Positions 1-12,548 of a stretch of DNA of 64,000 bases are shown here, piece by piece; position 1 is the first letter of the stretch; every line of letters begins with the position of its first letter. Made by a program: the position numbers and the translations under genes. This DNA is from Adineta vaga (lineage: Eukaryota; Animalia; Rotifera). Under the pieces are notes generated by a model. It was not told the origin of the DNA and did not search any database. It saw nothing but the letters and a program-made list of their open reading frames with translations. Where the stretch lies: NCBI GenBank assembly GCA_021613535.1, contig CP075494.1, positions 9,238,001 through 9,302,000 on the forward strand. The letters are read 5' to 3'.

Positions 1-1787
1 AAAGAATGAAGTACGAGTTTTACGTTTAATGACGGTGAATACAGTCGAAGAAAAGATCTTAGCATGTGCAAGATATAAATTGAATGTCGATGAAAAAGTT
101 ATTCAAGCTGGCATGTTTAACCGATCATCAACATCGAGTGAACGACATGATTATTTGGAACAACTTATCGAAGGAGATGATGAATGTAAAGATGATGATG
201 AAGATATTCCAGATGATGAAATTCTCAACCAAGTAAGTTCTATTTCTTTCACAGAATTCATAGATAATTTTCTTTGATAGATGATTGCTCGAACTGAAAG
301 TGAATTCAATCTATTCAATCGTATGGATGTTGCACGACGAGAATACGAAGCATTACATGGTGTGGGTAGTGGTGGTGATGGTGCAAGCGAACGTCGTAAT
401 TGGAAATTAGCTTCTGCTGTACCGGCAGTAACGAACGCTGATAATAAACCAATTACACCTCGAGTTAAACGTCTGAAGAAAGAAAGCGATAATGAGGACT
501 ATCGATCCAACAACAAAAACGCTGTCGAAAGAAAAGTATGAGATATTTTTCTCGTTATTTATATCGAATTTTGTTTTCTTTAGTAAATCAACGACAGAAT
601 TTATGGATCAAAGTGATGATGAAGGTACTCGTGGTGGAGAAGAAACAACAACAACGACAACGAATGATGAAATAACGCCTTCCCCATTGGATGATCTTGA
701 AGATGAAGAAGATCTCGATTTTTCACAAGCGACACCAAGTGTTCATCGTAGAATGAAACTTAATCGTCTTATTACAGAAGATGAATTACCTGATTGGTTA
801 AAGAATGATGTTGAAGAAGTGGAAAAAACTCTTGAAATTGATGAAGATCTTGGTAAAGGTCATCGACAACGTAAAGATGTTGATTATAGTGATAATTTAA
901 CTGAACGAGAATTTCTTCAAGCACTCGAAGAAGGCAATCTAGATGATGCTGTTGAACAAAAACGTATTCGAAAACAATCACGAAAAAGTGTATTAGTATC
1001 ATCACAAGATGACGATATTGATCTCGATGAAACCGAAGCACGTTCATCCTTCGATAATCCTTCAACACCAATGGCTAATCATCAAAACTTATCATCAAAA
1101 CGTGGTAGTGTCAAAAAACGTTTACAATCTGTTGATCCTAAAGTTGCACCACAATGTCGAGCAATTCTTGAACGTATCTTAGCTTATCGCACTGAAGATA
1201 ATCGACAATTAGCACAACCGTTTATACGTTTACCGGGTCAAAAACAATTACCGATCTATTATCAAACGATTGAAGATCCAATCGATTTTCAACGTATACG
1301 AAGGAAAATTGATACATATCGTTATTCACATTTAGATGAATTTCAAGCAGATGTTGAATTATTAGTACAAAATGCTCAAACATTCAATTGTGAAACTTCA
1401 TTAATTTTCGAAGATTCAATTTTAATTGGAAAAGTTTATAAAGATCTACGTCAACAGTTAGATGCTGGTCTGATTGAAATACCATCCAATGAATCACCAT
1501 CAGCAGCAGCAGCAACATTACAACCACCAACTACAAACACAACAGAAACAGAAACAGAAACAATAACAACAACTCCTCGTACATCGGGACGACGAGGTCG
1601 TAGTACACGAACACCGATCACACCCGTAACAACGAATGGAGAAGTATCCAAACGTGGACGAAAAAGAAAAGTAACGGTTATTAAAGATGATGATGAATCA
1701 GAAGAAGAGCAACAGCAACAACAACAACAACAACAAACCCAACATACATCCGAAGAAGAACATGAAAATGGAGAAGTCGAACAATAA
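1..1787 (+). CDS. SMARCA4: SWI/SNF ATPase Brahma/BRG1 (SMARCA2/4), 3' part: end of helicase-C, SnAC, bromodomain; 5'-partial, 2 introns
   Basis: [34 protein letters not shown]|[33 protein letters not shown], and bromodomain [23 protein letters not shown]...NAQTFN...SLIFEDS. There is a frame inconsistency at the intron at 536-583. Confidence 0.95.
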
Positions 1788-2345
1788 TTGTTATATAAAT
1801 ATAAATATATATATATATCTGTATATCTCTTTTTTTCTCTCTCTTTTCTCTTTATGTTAACTATGTGTCTGTAATTGTCAAGGACAAAAATGAATAAATC
1901 CATGAAGTGAAATATTGTGTTAGTTTTTCTCATTCGTGATCTTACCCGATTTCCCATCTTGCACGTTCAGATCGATCGAAGAAACTATCAACCAACTAAT
2001 GAGATATATGAATAAGTATTTTATTCATTGATTGTTGAACATTATTTTGAGGTTAATTTTCAATTGATTGAAGAAATATCACATTCGAATGATTTACCTT
2101 GAATGTCGAGAGAAAAAGAAGAGAAAGAAAGAGCACGAGTGTCAACGAAGACGAGCAAGTACCACTAATTCACACGTCACTGGTTCGTCTTTTTTCAATA
2201 TATACCAAAAGAAAATGCAGTCGAGCGTACAAAAGTAAAAGAAAATGTCTGTATGCCAGTCAATGGACGATATTCACATACTAAGCTTCTCTTTTTTGTT
2301 GTTGTTGTTATATTGAATAAATTTTAACGAAAATATTTAGATTAA

Positions 2346-4104
2346 ATGACATCATCATCATTAATCTTGATTGCAGATACACATTGGAATGTTCCGTATG
2401 TATTTAAAGGTGCAAGAATTGTTCGAGACACATATTCATGGTCAGATGGACAACGATTAGCTGATTTATTCCAAGGAAAACTATTATCATTTCGAATTGG
2501 CAAACGACAGAAGTCTTTTTTCGGTAGTTGAAGATAAAATGTTTAATTATTCGATAGAAGACGAATGTTGTTGTTTTGTCCTTATGATATGCATGAGTTA
2601 ACAAAAAAACAGAACAAAACTAAAGTTTTAATTATCGACTAAAGCACCTTCCTAATTTCAGTTGTAGAAGAGAAGATTCTTATCAAGAAATTAATTATTT
2701 TAGATGGAGAAAAATTATACTTAGTCAAGGATATTCGTCGTGATAAGGCCGACCAGTTATACTTACATAAATTTTGATCATTAAGAATAGAAAAATAATA
2801 TCAATCCAAGATCGATATGTTTAAAATGATCTATTTTAGATGATCGTGTTCAATTTGAAAAAGATTGTCATCATATTCAATCTACTGTCAATGATTTCCT
2901 TTGTTGGACGTTAACAAATGATAGCAGTTCACTTCCTCTTCATCATCCTTTTAAACAATATTCAAATCAAGATTATTTTGCATATGCTGATTATATGCAT
3001 TTACCTGAATTGTTCGGTGATGATCAACATGCTTTAATCGATGTATGATTTCAATATGTTTGATTGAACAAAATGAAATGAAGTATTCTGTTTTGTAGAT
3101 GATCAATTGGTCTGATATGGGCATGAGAGATCGTAATGGAAAAGAATCAACTTTGTGGATAGGTTCACAAGGAGCACATACACCGTGTCATTATGATACC
3201 TATGGAATTAATTTTGTTGCACAAATTGTTGGGCGGTATGAATTCAACTAAAGATAAATTAGACAAAATTTCCTTTGGATACTTATAGAAAACGATGGTT
3301 ATTATTTCCACCTGATAGTCCTATTGGTCAATTACAAACACGGATACCTTATGAAGAATCGAGTGTTTATATCGATATTGAACCCAATGTTTTAAATAAA
3401 TTTCAAGTAAATTAATGAATTTTATTTGAATTTATTAATCTTTTTGTAGAATATCGATGTTTATGATGTTATACTTGAGCCGGGTGATGTTTTATTTGTA
3501 CCAAAACATTGGTGGCATTTCGTTTCATCTTTGGATTCAATTACAATATCAGTAAATAGTTGGTTAAAACAAGTAAGTAACCCATTCGATTGAAGAAAGA
3601 ATACAAGATTTTTGTAATCATTCTCATAGCCTGAGGATCATAAAGAACGAATAAAAGAAATGCTTGTTCGACAGATTATTACATCTGCAATAGTTGCACA
3701 TGATTATTCAGTGGATGAATGGTTAAATCATAATGAGGTTAGATAAAAAAAGATCCATGGAATTATTTCATCGATTGTTTAATTTTTGTATTCAGGTTAT
3801 TACCGATCCAATGACAAATTTAACGATATTATCGAATCTAATGAATAATCCTGAATCTAATGAAACAGAAGAACCTTCTTCAAAACGATCTCGAAATGTC
3901 ATTACTCCTGTAGATTATGTACGTGAACAACGTTTAACTAGTACTACATTTGGAAATCTCGGATTATCACCTGCAAATGAAACATTATCGATAAGTAGAT
4001 CTTCTGATCTCTCAGAGAATGATGTTATGTTAAAACGTCTTGTAAAAGTAATGACTGAACGTGATACAATCAATTTCATTTATAATAAATTATTTTCTAT
4101 TTAA
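2346..4104 (+). CDS. HSPBAP1: JmjC/cupin-8 protein HSPBAP1 (PASS1)-like, multi-exon
   Basis: Manually spliced exons give YFAYADYMHL, GKESTLWIGSQGAHTPCHYDTYGINFVAQIVGRKRWLLFPP, TRIPYEESSVY and LEPGDVLFVPKHWWHFV, including the HxD...H Fe-binding triad. Confidence 0.9.
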
Positions 4105-4857
4105 CTCTCTTTCATGTTGATATTTGTCATAATGAAAGATATCTTGACCATGATTACTAATCTTTGAACATAAAACATTTTGATTTAACTTGAATTCTAT
4201 TCGTTTCTCACAACGATTAATGATTCTCATTGTAAGAACAATGCAATGTATTTAAGATGTCACAAAGAGGACAAACACATGTATAAGTGATTATAAATCC
4301 AAACGACGAGAAGAAAAAAAAACGTTACATAATCGACCTTTGCCTAATCACGCACTTGTCTTCCTATACTATTTAATCAATGGTGAGAAAAAGAAGAAGA
4401 AGATTCCTCACACTTTCTTTTAATCGTATTAATTTTGGAAGATATTTTTTCCCAGTTGAACTTCGAAAATGTCATTGATTTATGTTGAAAATATCTGATC
4501 TTTCTAACAGATGTTTCTTTCATTGAATTCAGTCAAGTTAAAAGAAAATAAAAGATCGTCTTCAAGAACATTGAATATATCTCTTGTTCAGGTGTATGAT
4601 CACCTTTCTTTCCTTCCTCCTTCTTTCTTTCGTTCGGTTATTGTTCTTCTTCTTTACTTCCTTCTCGTTGTTCATGTAAGTATTAACATTTATTTGTATA
4701 ACTTTTTCTTCTTCTTCTCATTGTTTCGTTTTTGTTGATTCATACAACAATGTACTTTCGATACGAATGTTCGAACATTCTTTTTCATCGTTTATTCTAA
4801 ATGAAAATTTTTCATAAATGTTATTTTCACAATGTTCACAATGAATATACATTCATC

Positions 4858-6640
4858 ATGTCACAACGATTTTTATTGTACTTCTTAATTATTTGTAAGT
4901 TAAAACAATTGATTTTCGAATGAAAATAAACATTATTTTTTTTCCTCTATTCTTAGTTATTGTTATTCAATCGGGAATAGCCGATAGTTTTAAATGTGAA
5001 AAAGATGGATTCTTTCCGGATAAAAATGATTGTTGGCTTTATCATATTTGTGTAGGAACATCACATTCAGTGAAAGCTTGTAAAGATGATCTTTTATTTA
5101 ATCCAATTAAAAATGAATGTGATTGGGCTATGAATGTAAGAACTAAATTCGTTGTATTGGCGAAATTCAAATCTTCTTATTCTCTCTTTAGGTAAATTGT
5201 ACTAATTTATCTTCGAAAAATTCTTTTTCAACAACTGTCACACCATCGAATATACATCGACCAGCAGGTTCGTATCCATGGTAATAGTATTTCTTTTCAT
5301 AGAGTAGTTTTTGTTAGTTATTTTAGATATAAAGAAACCTGCTAGTGATAAGTCAGCAGATGAATCAATTCTTGATTATTTATGTCAATCAGTCGCTAAT
5401 GACTATATTGCTCATCCAACAGATTGTAAACAATATGCTTATTGTGCAAACGGTAAGAGAAAGACGTGACATCGATATAGGATATCTAAGACAATTAAAC
5501 GAAAGAAAGCGATTCAGTACAAATTGTTTACCAAGGGAAAGAAAAGTCTAGTCAAATCAATCGATACAAGTCGAAGTATTTACATTGAATCTATATTGAC
5601 CGTTACAAAGACAAGGATATATATTTTAGAAGATCAAAATTAATCCATTGTCTTTTTTTGTATTTTACAGGTGTGCCACAAACAAAATCATGTAAAAAAA
5701 ATCTTTTATGGTCACAAGCAGAAAAAATGTGTGTATGGCCTGCTCAATCTGATTGTAAATCTATTCTATAGAATCGCTTTCAATCATTATCTTCGTGATA
5801 TTTGTAGGTCCGGTGAAGAATACAACTCCAACACCTTTCACTACTGTATCAATTCAACGGAATATACCAAATATACCTGAAGATTCGACCTATTCTCCAT
5901 CTTATATCGTAACAGATGCTCCAGCATCTATTATTTGTCCTCCTACAAAATCTTGGCGTATTCCTGATCCTTACGATTGTTCTATTTATCATGATTGTTA
6001 TCAAGGTTCTGATATTGTTTCATATTGTCCAGCAACGTTGCAATATAATCCTGAAAAACAAAAATGTGATCATCAACATAATGTTCAATGTAAAGAATTT
6101 CTTGATTTCATCATTGTCTTTGAAAAAGAAAAATGTTCGTTTTTAGGTAAAAACAAATGTACAGCACAAAATAATGGTACTCGATTTATTGATTATTCTA
6201 GTTGCTGTCATTTCTATCAATGTATATCAAGTAAATTAGTTATACAAACATGTCAACATCCGAATTTATATGATCTTCAATCTCGAAAATGTTTACCATA
6301 TAAAAAAGTCAAATGTGCTGGACGACGACAGTGTTCAAATAAATGTAAATCAATGTCAATAGACGAATAATACATGACATCGAATTGATTTACTTTTGTT
6401 TCTCTAGGTCATTATTCATCGAAACATGGAGATGGTAAAAGTTCATGTGATTATTCACCATTATGTACTGGTCATAGTAATGGATTTTATCCTGATCGAA
6501 CAAAACCAAATTGTCAATCGTACATTCAATGTTTAGATTATCGTGTAGCAAATCATAGTCGTTGTACAAATGGTCAACGTTTTAATAGAAATATGGGAAA
6601 ATGTACACCAGCTGATCAGGTACTTTGTCTTGGTAAGTAG
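4858..6640 (+). CDS. Secreted multi-CBM14 (chitin-binding type 2, peritrophin-A) protein
   Basis: Hydrophobic N-terminus followed by about five 6-Cys repeats, e.g. CEKDGFFPDKNDCWLYHIC...C...LLFNPIKNECDW and CPPTKSWRIPDPYDCSIYHDC...CPATLQYNPEKQKCD. The 3' end is uncertain; a last exon may extend to ~7100. Confidence 0.85.
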
Positions 6641-7507
6641 TCTCTATAAAAAAAATTGATCATTTCTCATTTTACTGAGAGTCTTATTTGCTACTGAAAC
6701 TCTTTCAATGGTATCAAGATATCGAGACGCGTCAGTTTCCATATATGCCTATAAAGGGAGTGGTTAAGTTTTCTATGATTGTAAAATCTTCTTAACTTCT
6801 TTTCGCATTACGAAGTTGTTTTATACTACGAGATTTGAGTATTAAGCGTTTTTAAAAGATAATACTTCTAAAACTTGCTATAGACTTACTTCAAATATAC
6901 TGATAGAGCTATTACGTTAGAAAACTATTATCTTAATATCCTTGAAATTAATATCAAATTATGTATTCAAATTCGAATTCTATCTAGATAATATCAAAAA
7001 ACATAGATATTTCATACTTTTCATCGTTATTCGACTTTCGTTCGCCCCACTTTTTCAATTCCTTTACCGATTATTATCATTTTTTTTCTTTCTTCATTTG
7101 ACATTTATTTAACATATGACATGAATGATGTTTTTATCGTTTGTATCTATAAAATAAAGCTTGCGTATTAAGATTGACAATAAACAAGAAGAATTACAAA
7201 AAATGTACATTGTCTTTTTGATTAGTATCATTGTTATTGATGTTGTTAAATGAAACAGAACATTTATTTATTTTTCTTCATTTTAGCATCATCAATTCGA
7301 CAGTCACAAATCATCTATACTATTTTCATCATTTCCATTTCGATAATCCTGTGAAAAACCTAAATGACCAAGCTTAACTTCGTATTTTTTTGTTCGTTTG
7401 TTTAATTATACTGCTACTTTTATTTTAATGAAAATAATTTGAAAAGAAAAATGAAAAAAAAGAAAGAAGTTAGAAGTTAATGATTTTTATTCTTTGATTT
7501 CTTATCC

Positions 7508-8840
7508 TTATACATCTGCCACTTGTTCAACTACTTTTGCGTCTGATTTCGTGACAGATTCAGCTTCAGCATCATCTTTTACTACGGTCGTCTCTTTCGT
7601 TTTCTTCTCTGCTTTTGCTGTGGCTTTAGCCTTAGCTTTCTCTTCTGCTGCGGCTTTTGCTGCAGCTTTTGCTGCAGCTTTTGCTTCAGCTTTTGCCTTA
7701 GCTTTTGCTGCAGCTTCTGCTTTCGCGGCAGCCTTTGCGTCAGCTTCTTGTTTTAATGCTTTCTTTATGTCAGCTAATGTCGTTTTATCGTTACAATCAC
7801 GTTCATATTCATTGGTCAACTGTGAACTATTGGCGATATATTGAAGTACTCGTTGATTACTTTTCGCATTTGATAAACTAACAAAATCATTAAATTGATG
7901 TTCAATATAGACTTGATTAATTGTTTGAAAACATATTTCACTATCTTGATAATAGCCAAGTAATCTCGTTTGTTGTTGATTATTTTCACAAAATAATGTC
8001 GATCCTTTCGTAACGGATATTGGTGGTGTAAATTCTTCGTTATCATCAGTTGTGGAATTTAAAATTTGTCGGAGATACTTTTCGTTTTCACGACTAAAAG
8101 GTTTACAAATTTTCTTGATCTTTTGTGGTTGATTACAAATCTTTTTTGTATTTGTACGATACCATGACCAATATTCACGCTCTTGACGAGTTGTAGGTTT
8201 AACATCATTTAAATCAAGTTGAAATGTTTGACGAACAGCTACACCTTGACCTTGATAGATTTGTATGGCTTCTGCAAGATCTACACGACGGATTTCTACT
8301 TGTTCAACAGCAGGCTCTTCATTTGTTGTATTTTTTTCTTTTCGTTCTAAAAAACAAAACAAAAAAAAGACATTTTTACTCCATTTAACGTTACTTTTTG
8401 AAATTCTTCTTACTACTTTTTTTTGCTTCGACATTTGCGAAAATAATATGACATTTTTCTAAATTGATATTATTATTATTTGCCGTTGTTAAACAGAGAA
8501 GATCATCTTTAAGAATCTCTTTTTCTAATGGTTTACTTAATTCAATTAATATTTGTTGGCCAACTTTTTCCGATGATGCGACAGTCAATCGACGAATAAC
8601 TTTCTTAAGATCATCTTTCGTTTTATCATTCGCATTCAATTGTTGACAATCTCGATCAACTTGAATTAAACTACGTGTCAACGGTTGTGCCAAACAAAAT
8701 TTATCGTTTAATTGAACAAGACAACAATGTTCTTCATCATTACCAGTACCATCATTATACGTAAAAACATTATAATTTGCTTCGACTGTTCCGGTCAAAA
8801 CTATCGAACATATACCAAATAGATAGAATGATGAAAACAT
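7508..8840 (-). CDS. Uncharacterised putatively secreted protein with Ala/Lys-rich helical repeat near the C-terminus; 2 exons
   Basis: ORFs 8391..8840 and 7508..8434 are joined by a short GT-AG intron at ~8347-8393. Signal-peptide-like start; AKAAAKAEAAAKAKAKAEAKAAAK repeat. Confidence 0.65.
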
Positions 8841-9101
8841 CAGTGATACAATTTATATCAAAACGAGAAAAACGTCTATGATTTGCAATAAATATTGCAC
8901 AGTGTTTAGTTTTGTGGTAGACAATTTTACTCTCTTCTTTTTTTTTCTTCTTTTGCTATGCTCATACATCCGTGACCGCAAAACTACTCGTATTGCTGTA
9001 AGTAATGTAGAAAAAAAATGTTAGGTTTATATTTATTCATCATGAAAATAATAAAGCAAAAAATAAATTTGTATTCGCTTTTTTTCTCCCCCTCTTCTCG
9101 T

Positions 9102-9656
9102 TTAAACAACATGTATTTTCTCATTCAATACAGCACGCGAATCAGGCTGATGTCGAATTGTTTCATGAATAAGTACATCGTTGATTGTTTTCATTATGTC
9201 CGACCATGATTCAACCTTGATCATATCATCAGGTTGACTTTCTTCTGAAGATGAAAACCATAGAAATTTCATGGTGGGAATGGTACGTTGAATATGTTTT
9301 AATGTTTTTAATCGATCTTCAATCATTATATCACAACCTAATGCTTGACATACATCGAGCTTATTCGATGTTCTTTGAGTAAAATAAAGTCCATCGAAGA
9401 AAGTTTTTGATGGAAGAATTTTTAAAAGATTTCGTTTTGTTTCTCTTGCACGTCGTTCGCCACAATATGAGATTAAATAAAGTTTATGACCTGATTCTTT
9501 AAGTTTAATCAAACTTGCCATTGCATCTGGCATATTAAGTTCCACCGATTCATGCTCATCATCTTCAGATGTACGAGTTTTATCATGAATGCAAAGTACA
9601 CCACCAAAATCAATTCCAATTCTTAACGGAATACTACTCGTTGATGCCATAGCCAT
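9102..9656 (-). CDS. Intronless HAD-superfamily hydrolase-like protein
   Basis: Motif I RIGIDFGGVL, motif II KLYLISY, motif III K in SNKLDVC, and motif IV DIMIEDR, in HAD order and spacing; 184 aa single exon. Confidence 0.7.
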   Translation of the reverse strand: MAMASTSSIPLRIGIDFGGVLCIHDKTRTSEDDEHESVELNMPDAMASLIKLKESGHKLYLISYCGERRARETKRNLLKILPSKTFFDGLYFTQRTSNKLDVCQALGCDIMIEDRLKTLKHIQRTIPTMKFLWFSSSEESQPDDMIKVESWSDIMKTINDVLIHETIRHQPDSRAVLNEKIHVV

Positions 9657-9894
9657 ATGTATGTGATGTAAATAGATTGATCTTTCTTTTTCTTTTTATT
9701 ATGCATTTGTAATTTACACCAGACTTACGAAATAACAGATGTCATCATAGTGTTTTTATTGGCGATAAAGAAGAGAATAGAAAAAAGAAAAAGAAACAGT
9801 CGTATTTTAAGGTAAAAGAAAAATTTCGTTGTTTTAAAATTTACTGAACAAAATGTACAAACTAAAAGAGATGAAAAAAATCGAATATTTCATT

Positions 9895-11721
9895 TTAAAT
9901 TTGCCATTCATCTTCATTGAGATCCGATGTAAGACGAAGAGCATCATCACCAAATGTTTCAAAATTTTTTTCATCTGCATCCATTTCAGTATAACCAACA
10001 GCTGTACCAGTTGTAGCTGTACATGAAATTCTATCGAAAAAGGAGATTTCTTTCTTATAAGAATGACTTTGAGATTGTTGAAGATTTGTTTGATCATCCG
10101 AATGAGAACCTATTGAACAAGCAGGTGATGTACGTCGTGTTACTAATTGTTCCATTTCAAGATAACGACGAAATACTTCATTAGCTTTTACAAAATCATA
10201 TTCACCATCACTAGAAATTAAAGTATTCGATGTTGAATCAAGTTGAACGATTGAATGAGGGCCAATATCAATACTCATACTACTGCCACTGCTTGTGCCA
10301 GAAATAGTACGTGGTCCACGGCGAGAACCAATTGGTTCTCCATACGATAATGGAATTTGTAATTGATTGAAATCTCCTGTTGTTCGATATTGATACGGTA
10401 AACTACCAGTTGGATGTAAGTTAACAGGAGATCGATTGAGACGATTATAATTTGGTACTGATGAACGTTCTCGTCGAGGTGGTGTTGCTAATACTTGATC
10501 CATGATTGATGAGGGTGAATGCATTAATCCTAAGAAAAAAGATTGAACTGTACAAGAAAAATATTTAAATAGAAGTTTACTTGGTATTGGTTCATGACTT
10601 GATGTTTTACGTTGATTTTGTTCTAGATGTGAACGATTATTTGTAGATGATGGTGTTTGATTATTGAAATTTTGTCTGACTGCCATTTGTCGTAGTGGAA
10701 CAAATCGATGATGCTGTTGAGCCTGTCGAATAGGAGGATTTCCTTTCGTTTCTCCTTGTGATCGATTGCGGTCATAGAATTTGAATGACGAATTTTGATT
10801 TGTAGGTTGCATTGGACGTATTTGTTGTTGACCATAGAAAGGAGTGGCATTTGGATTTAATTTACTTGTAATTGTAACACGAATAGGTGATGGTTTACGT
10901 TGATTATTCAAAGAAACAATTTTGATAAGATTAGGATTGTTTGATGAACTTTCACGGGTCGAAGGATGAAATGTATTTCGCTGAATTTTTTTTGTTAAAA
11001 CTTTTTTCGCAAGTAATGTCGCTGGTTTTGGAGTAACAGTTGTTGTTGTTCTTGTTGTCGAAAGTTGACTGAATTTTTCGCATTGTTCATCAAATGAATT
11101 ATTATCAATGTCCTTAGGTCGGTAACCAATGGATGATGATGATTCATTTGAACTGGAGGAAATCAAAGGCCCACCACCTGTACTTCCGAGAGATTCGCAA
11201 CGTATACGTCGAGTTAATGGGCTCGGTTGTTGATATTCATTTGGCATACTTTCTTGTTCGTCAGATGATGAAAGACGAATGTCAAGAAGACATGGATCAA
11301 TTGCACGTAATTTCGCTTGAGATTCATGAAATGTTGCTGGTAAGCGAATAAGACTTAATTCTTGGATATCACGAACATTTAAACATACTTGATCATATAT
11401 ATGCATGTCATTTGTTAAATGATCAATCATTACCGTGTTCGCTGTCTCAAGTTCTTCGATTGAATTTGCTAAATAGAATAAATTATAAGTTCCTTTTTTT
11501 TTATCATAAATTTTCTTTGATTTACTTCGACTCGATAAATTCATCGTACTTCCTTTGACACGAACATTTTTTAGAAAAATTCGATCTTTATCTTTATTGA
11601 TTCCATCTAGTACACCTTCGTAGGAAACTTGAGCTTTTGACACAACTCGTACAGTACAACCATAATAGGGACTATGTGTAATTGAGTTTGTATCACGATG
11701 ATCTTGTTCCTGAAGTTGCAT
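9895..11721 (-). CDS. LSM14: LSM14/RAP55/Tral-family protein (LSm, FDF, FFD, TFG boxes) with PAM2 motif; 2 in-frame introns
   Basis: SPYYGCTVRVVSKAQVSYEGVL (LSm14 N-terminal), EYDFVKANEVF (FDF), SFFDRISC (FFD), EKNFETFG (TFG). Introns at 11469-11525 and 10530-10580. Confidence 0.85.
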   Translation of the reverse strand: MQLQEQDHRDTNSITHSPYYGCTVRVVSKAQVSYEGVLDGINKDKDRIFLKNVRVKGSTMNLSSRSKSKKIYDKKKGTYNLFYLANSIEELETANTVMIDHLTNDMHIYDQVCLNVRDIQELSLIRLPATFHESQAKLRAIDPCLLDIRLSSSDEQESMPNEYQQPSPLTRRIRCESLGSTGGGPLISSSSNESSSSIGYRPKDIDNNSFDEQCEKFSQLSTTRTTTTVTPKPATLLAKKVLTKKIQRNTFHPSTRESSSNNPNLIKIVSLNNQRKPSPIRVTITSKLNPNATPFYGQQQIRPMQPTNQNSSFKFYDRNRSQGETKGNPPIRQAQQHHRFVPLRQMAVRQNFNNQTPSSTNNRSHLEQNQRKTSSHEPIPSKLLFKYFSCTVQSFFLGLMHSPSSIMDQVLATPPRRERSSVPNYNRLNRSPVNLHPTGSLPYQYRTTGDFNQLQIPLSYGEPIGSRRGPRTISGTSSGSSMSIDIGPHSIVQLDSTSNTLISSDGEYDFVKANEVFRRYLEMEQLVTRRTSPACSIGSHSDDQTNLQQSQSHSYKKEISFFDRISCTATTGTAVGYTEMDADEKNFETFGDDALRLTSDLNEDEWQI

Positions 11722-12548
11722 TTTGTCTTCTAGTTATTCGTATGCACGCATGTAAGTGCAAAAATAGTTTAAATATTTTCTTCTCTTCTTACGATATTTT
11801 GTATATATGAGAAATGTTTCATCTTTCTTCTTCTTCGTCTCTTTTTTTGATCCTATCAAAATTGACGAAAGTGAGAACGAACCAAGGCACATGAATGTTT
11901 ACCTTATACTAACGTCAATCGATTGTTTTTTATTTCTTATGGGTAACGAGCAAAAAGAGAAGAGAAAAAAAGGAGAAAACTGGAAAGACGAAACGATGTA
12001 ATAATTAAAGAGGACTAGTATGCACGTTTCTTTGATCAGTCAACCGTGAAAACAAAAAAGAAAACTGAAATATCATGTCTTTAAGAAGTCAAATACATTT
12101 ATTGAAACTAAAGATTTGCATATGATACGATCTAACAATTAAAAAGAGAATACATTTTTTCTTCGTTTCTATTCATTATAGTTGGAAAAAATAATCTGGT
12201 TTTATCAGTTTCATCTATTAACTCAATTTAATATAATTATAAAGAGTAAAATATAAAGACATAATAGATTTCATATGATCATCACATGAGAAATTTCAAA
12301 TAATTACGTCAAGAGAGATATGATTGATAGAGTCAATGAATCATCAAAATCGTTCGATTATACACTTGTTTCTTTCATACGATATCAAAAATAGCAATCT
12401 ACGTTGAATGTTATGATGAATCAAAAGAAATACTAAAGATTCCTAAACAGAATTACTTTCGAGGTAGATTTTTCTTATTTATTGACAATAAATGATGCGA
12501 AAATAATTACAGAAGATAAAAAGTTTGTATCCATTCGACAATAATATG

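Noticed and set aside
1451-1957. Antisense ORF with poly-Cys
   Set aside because: Mirror of the CAA/CAG poly-Gln tract in the Brahma C-terminus.
7494-7844. Ala/Phe-rich + strand ORF
   Set aside because: Antisense shadow of the Ala/Lys repeat.
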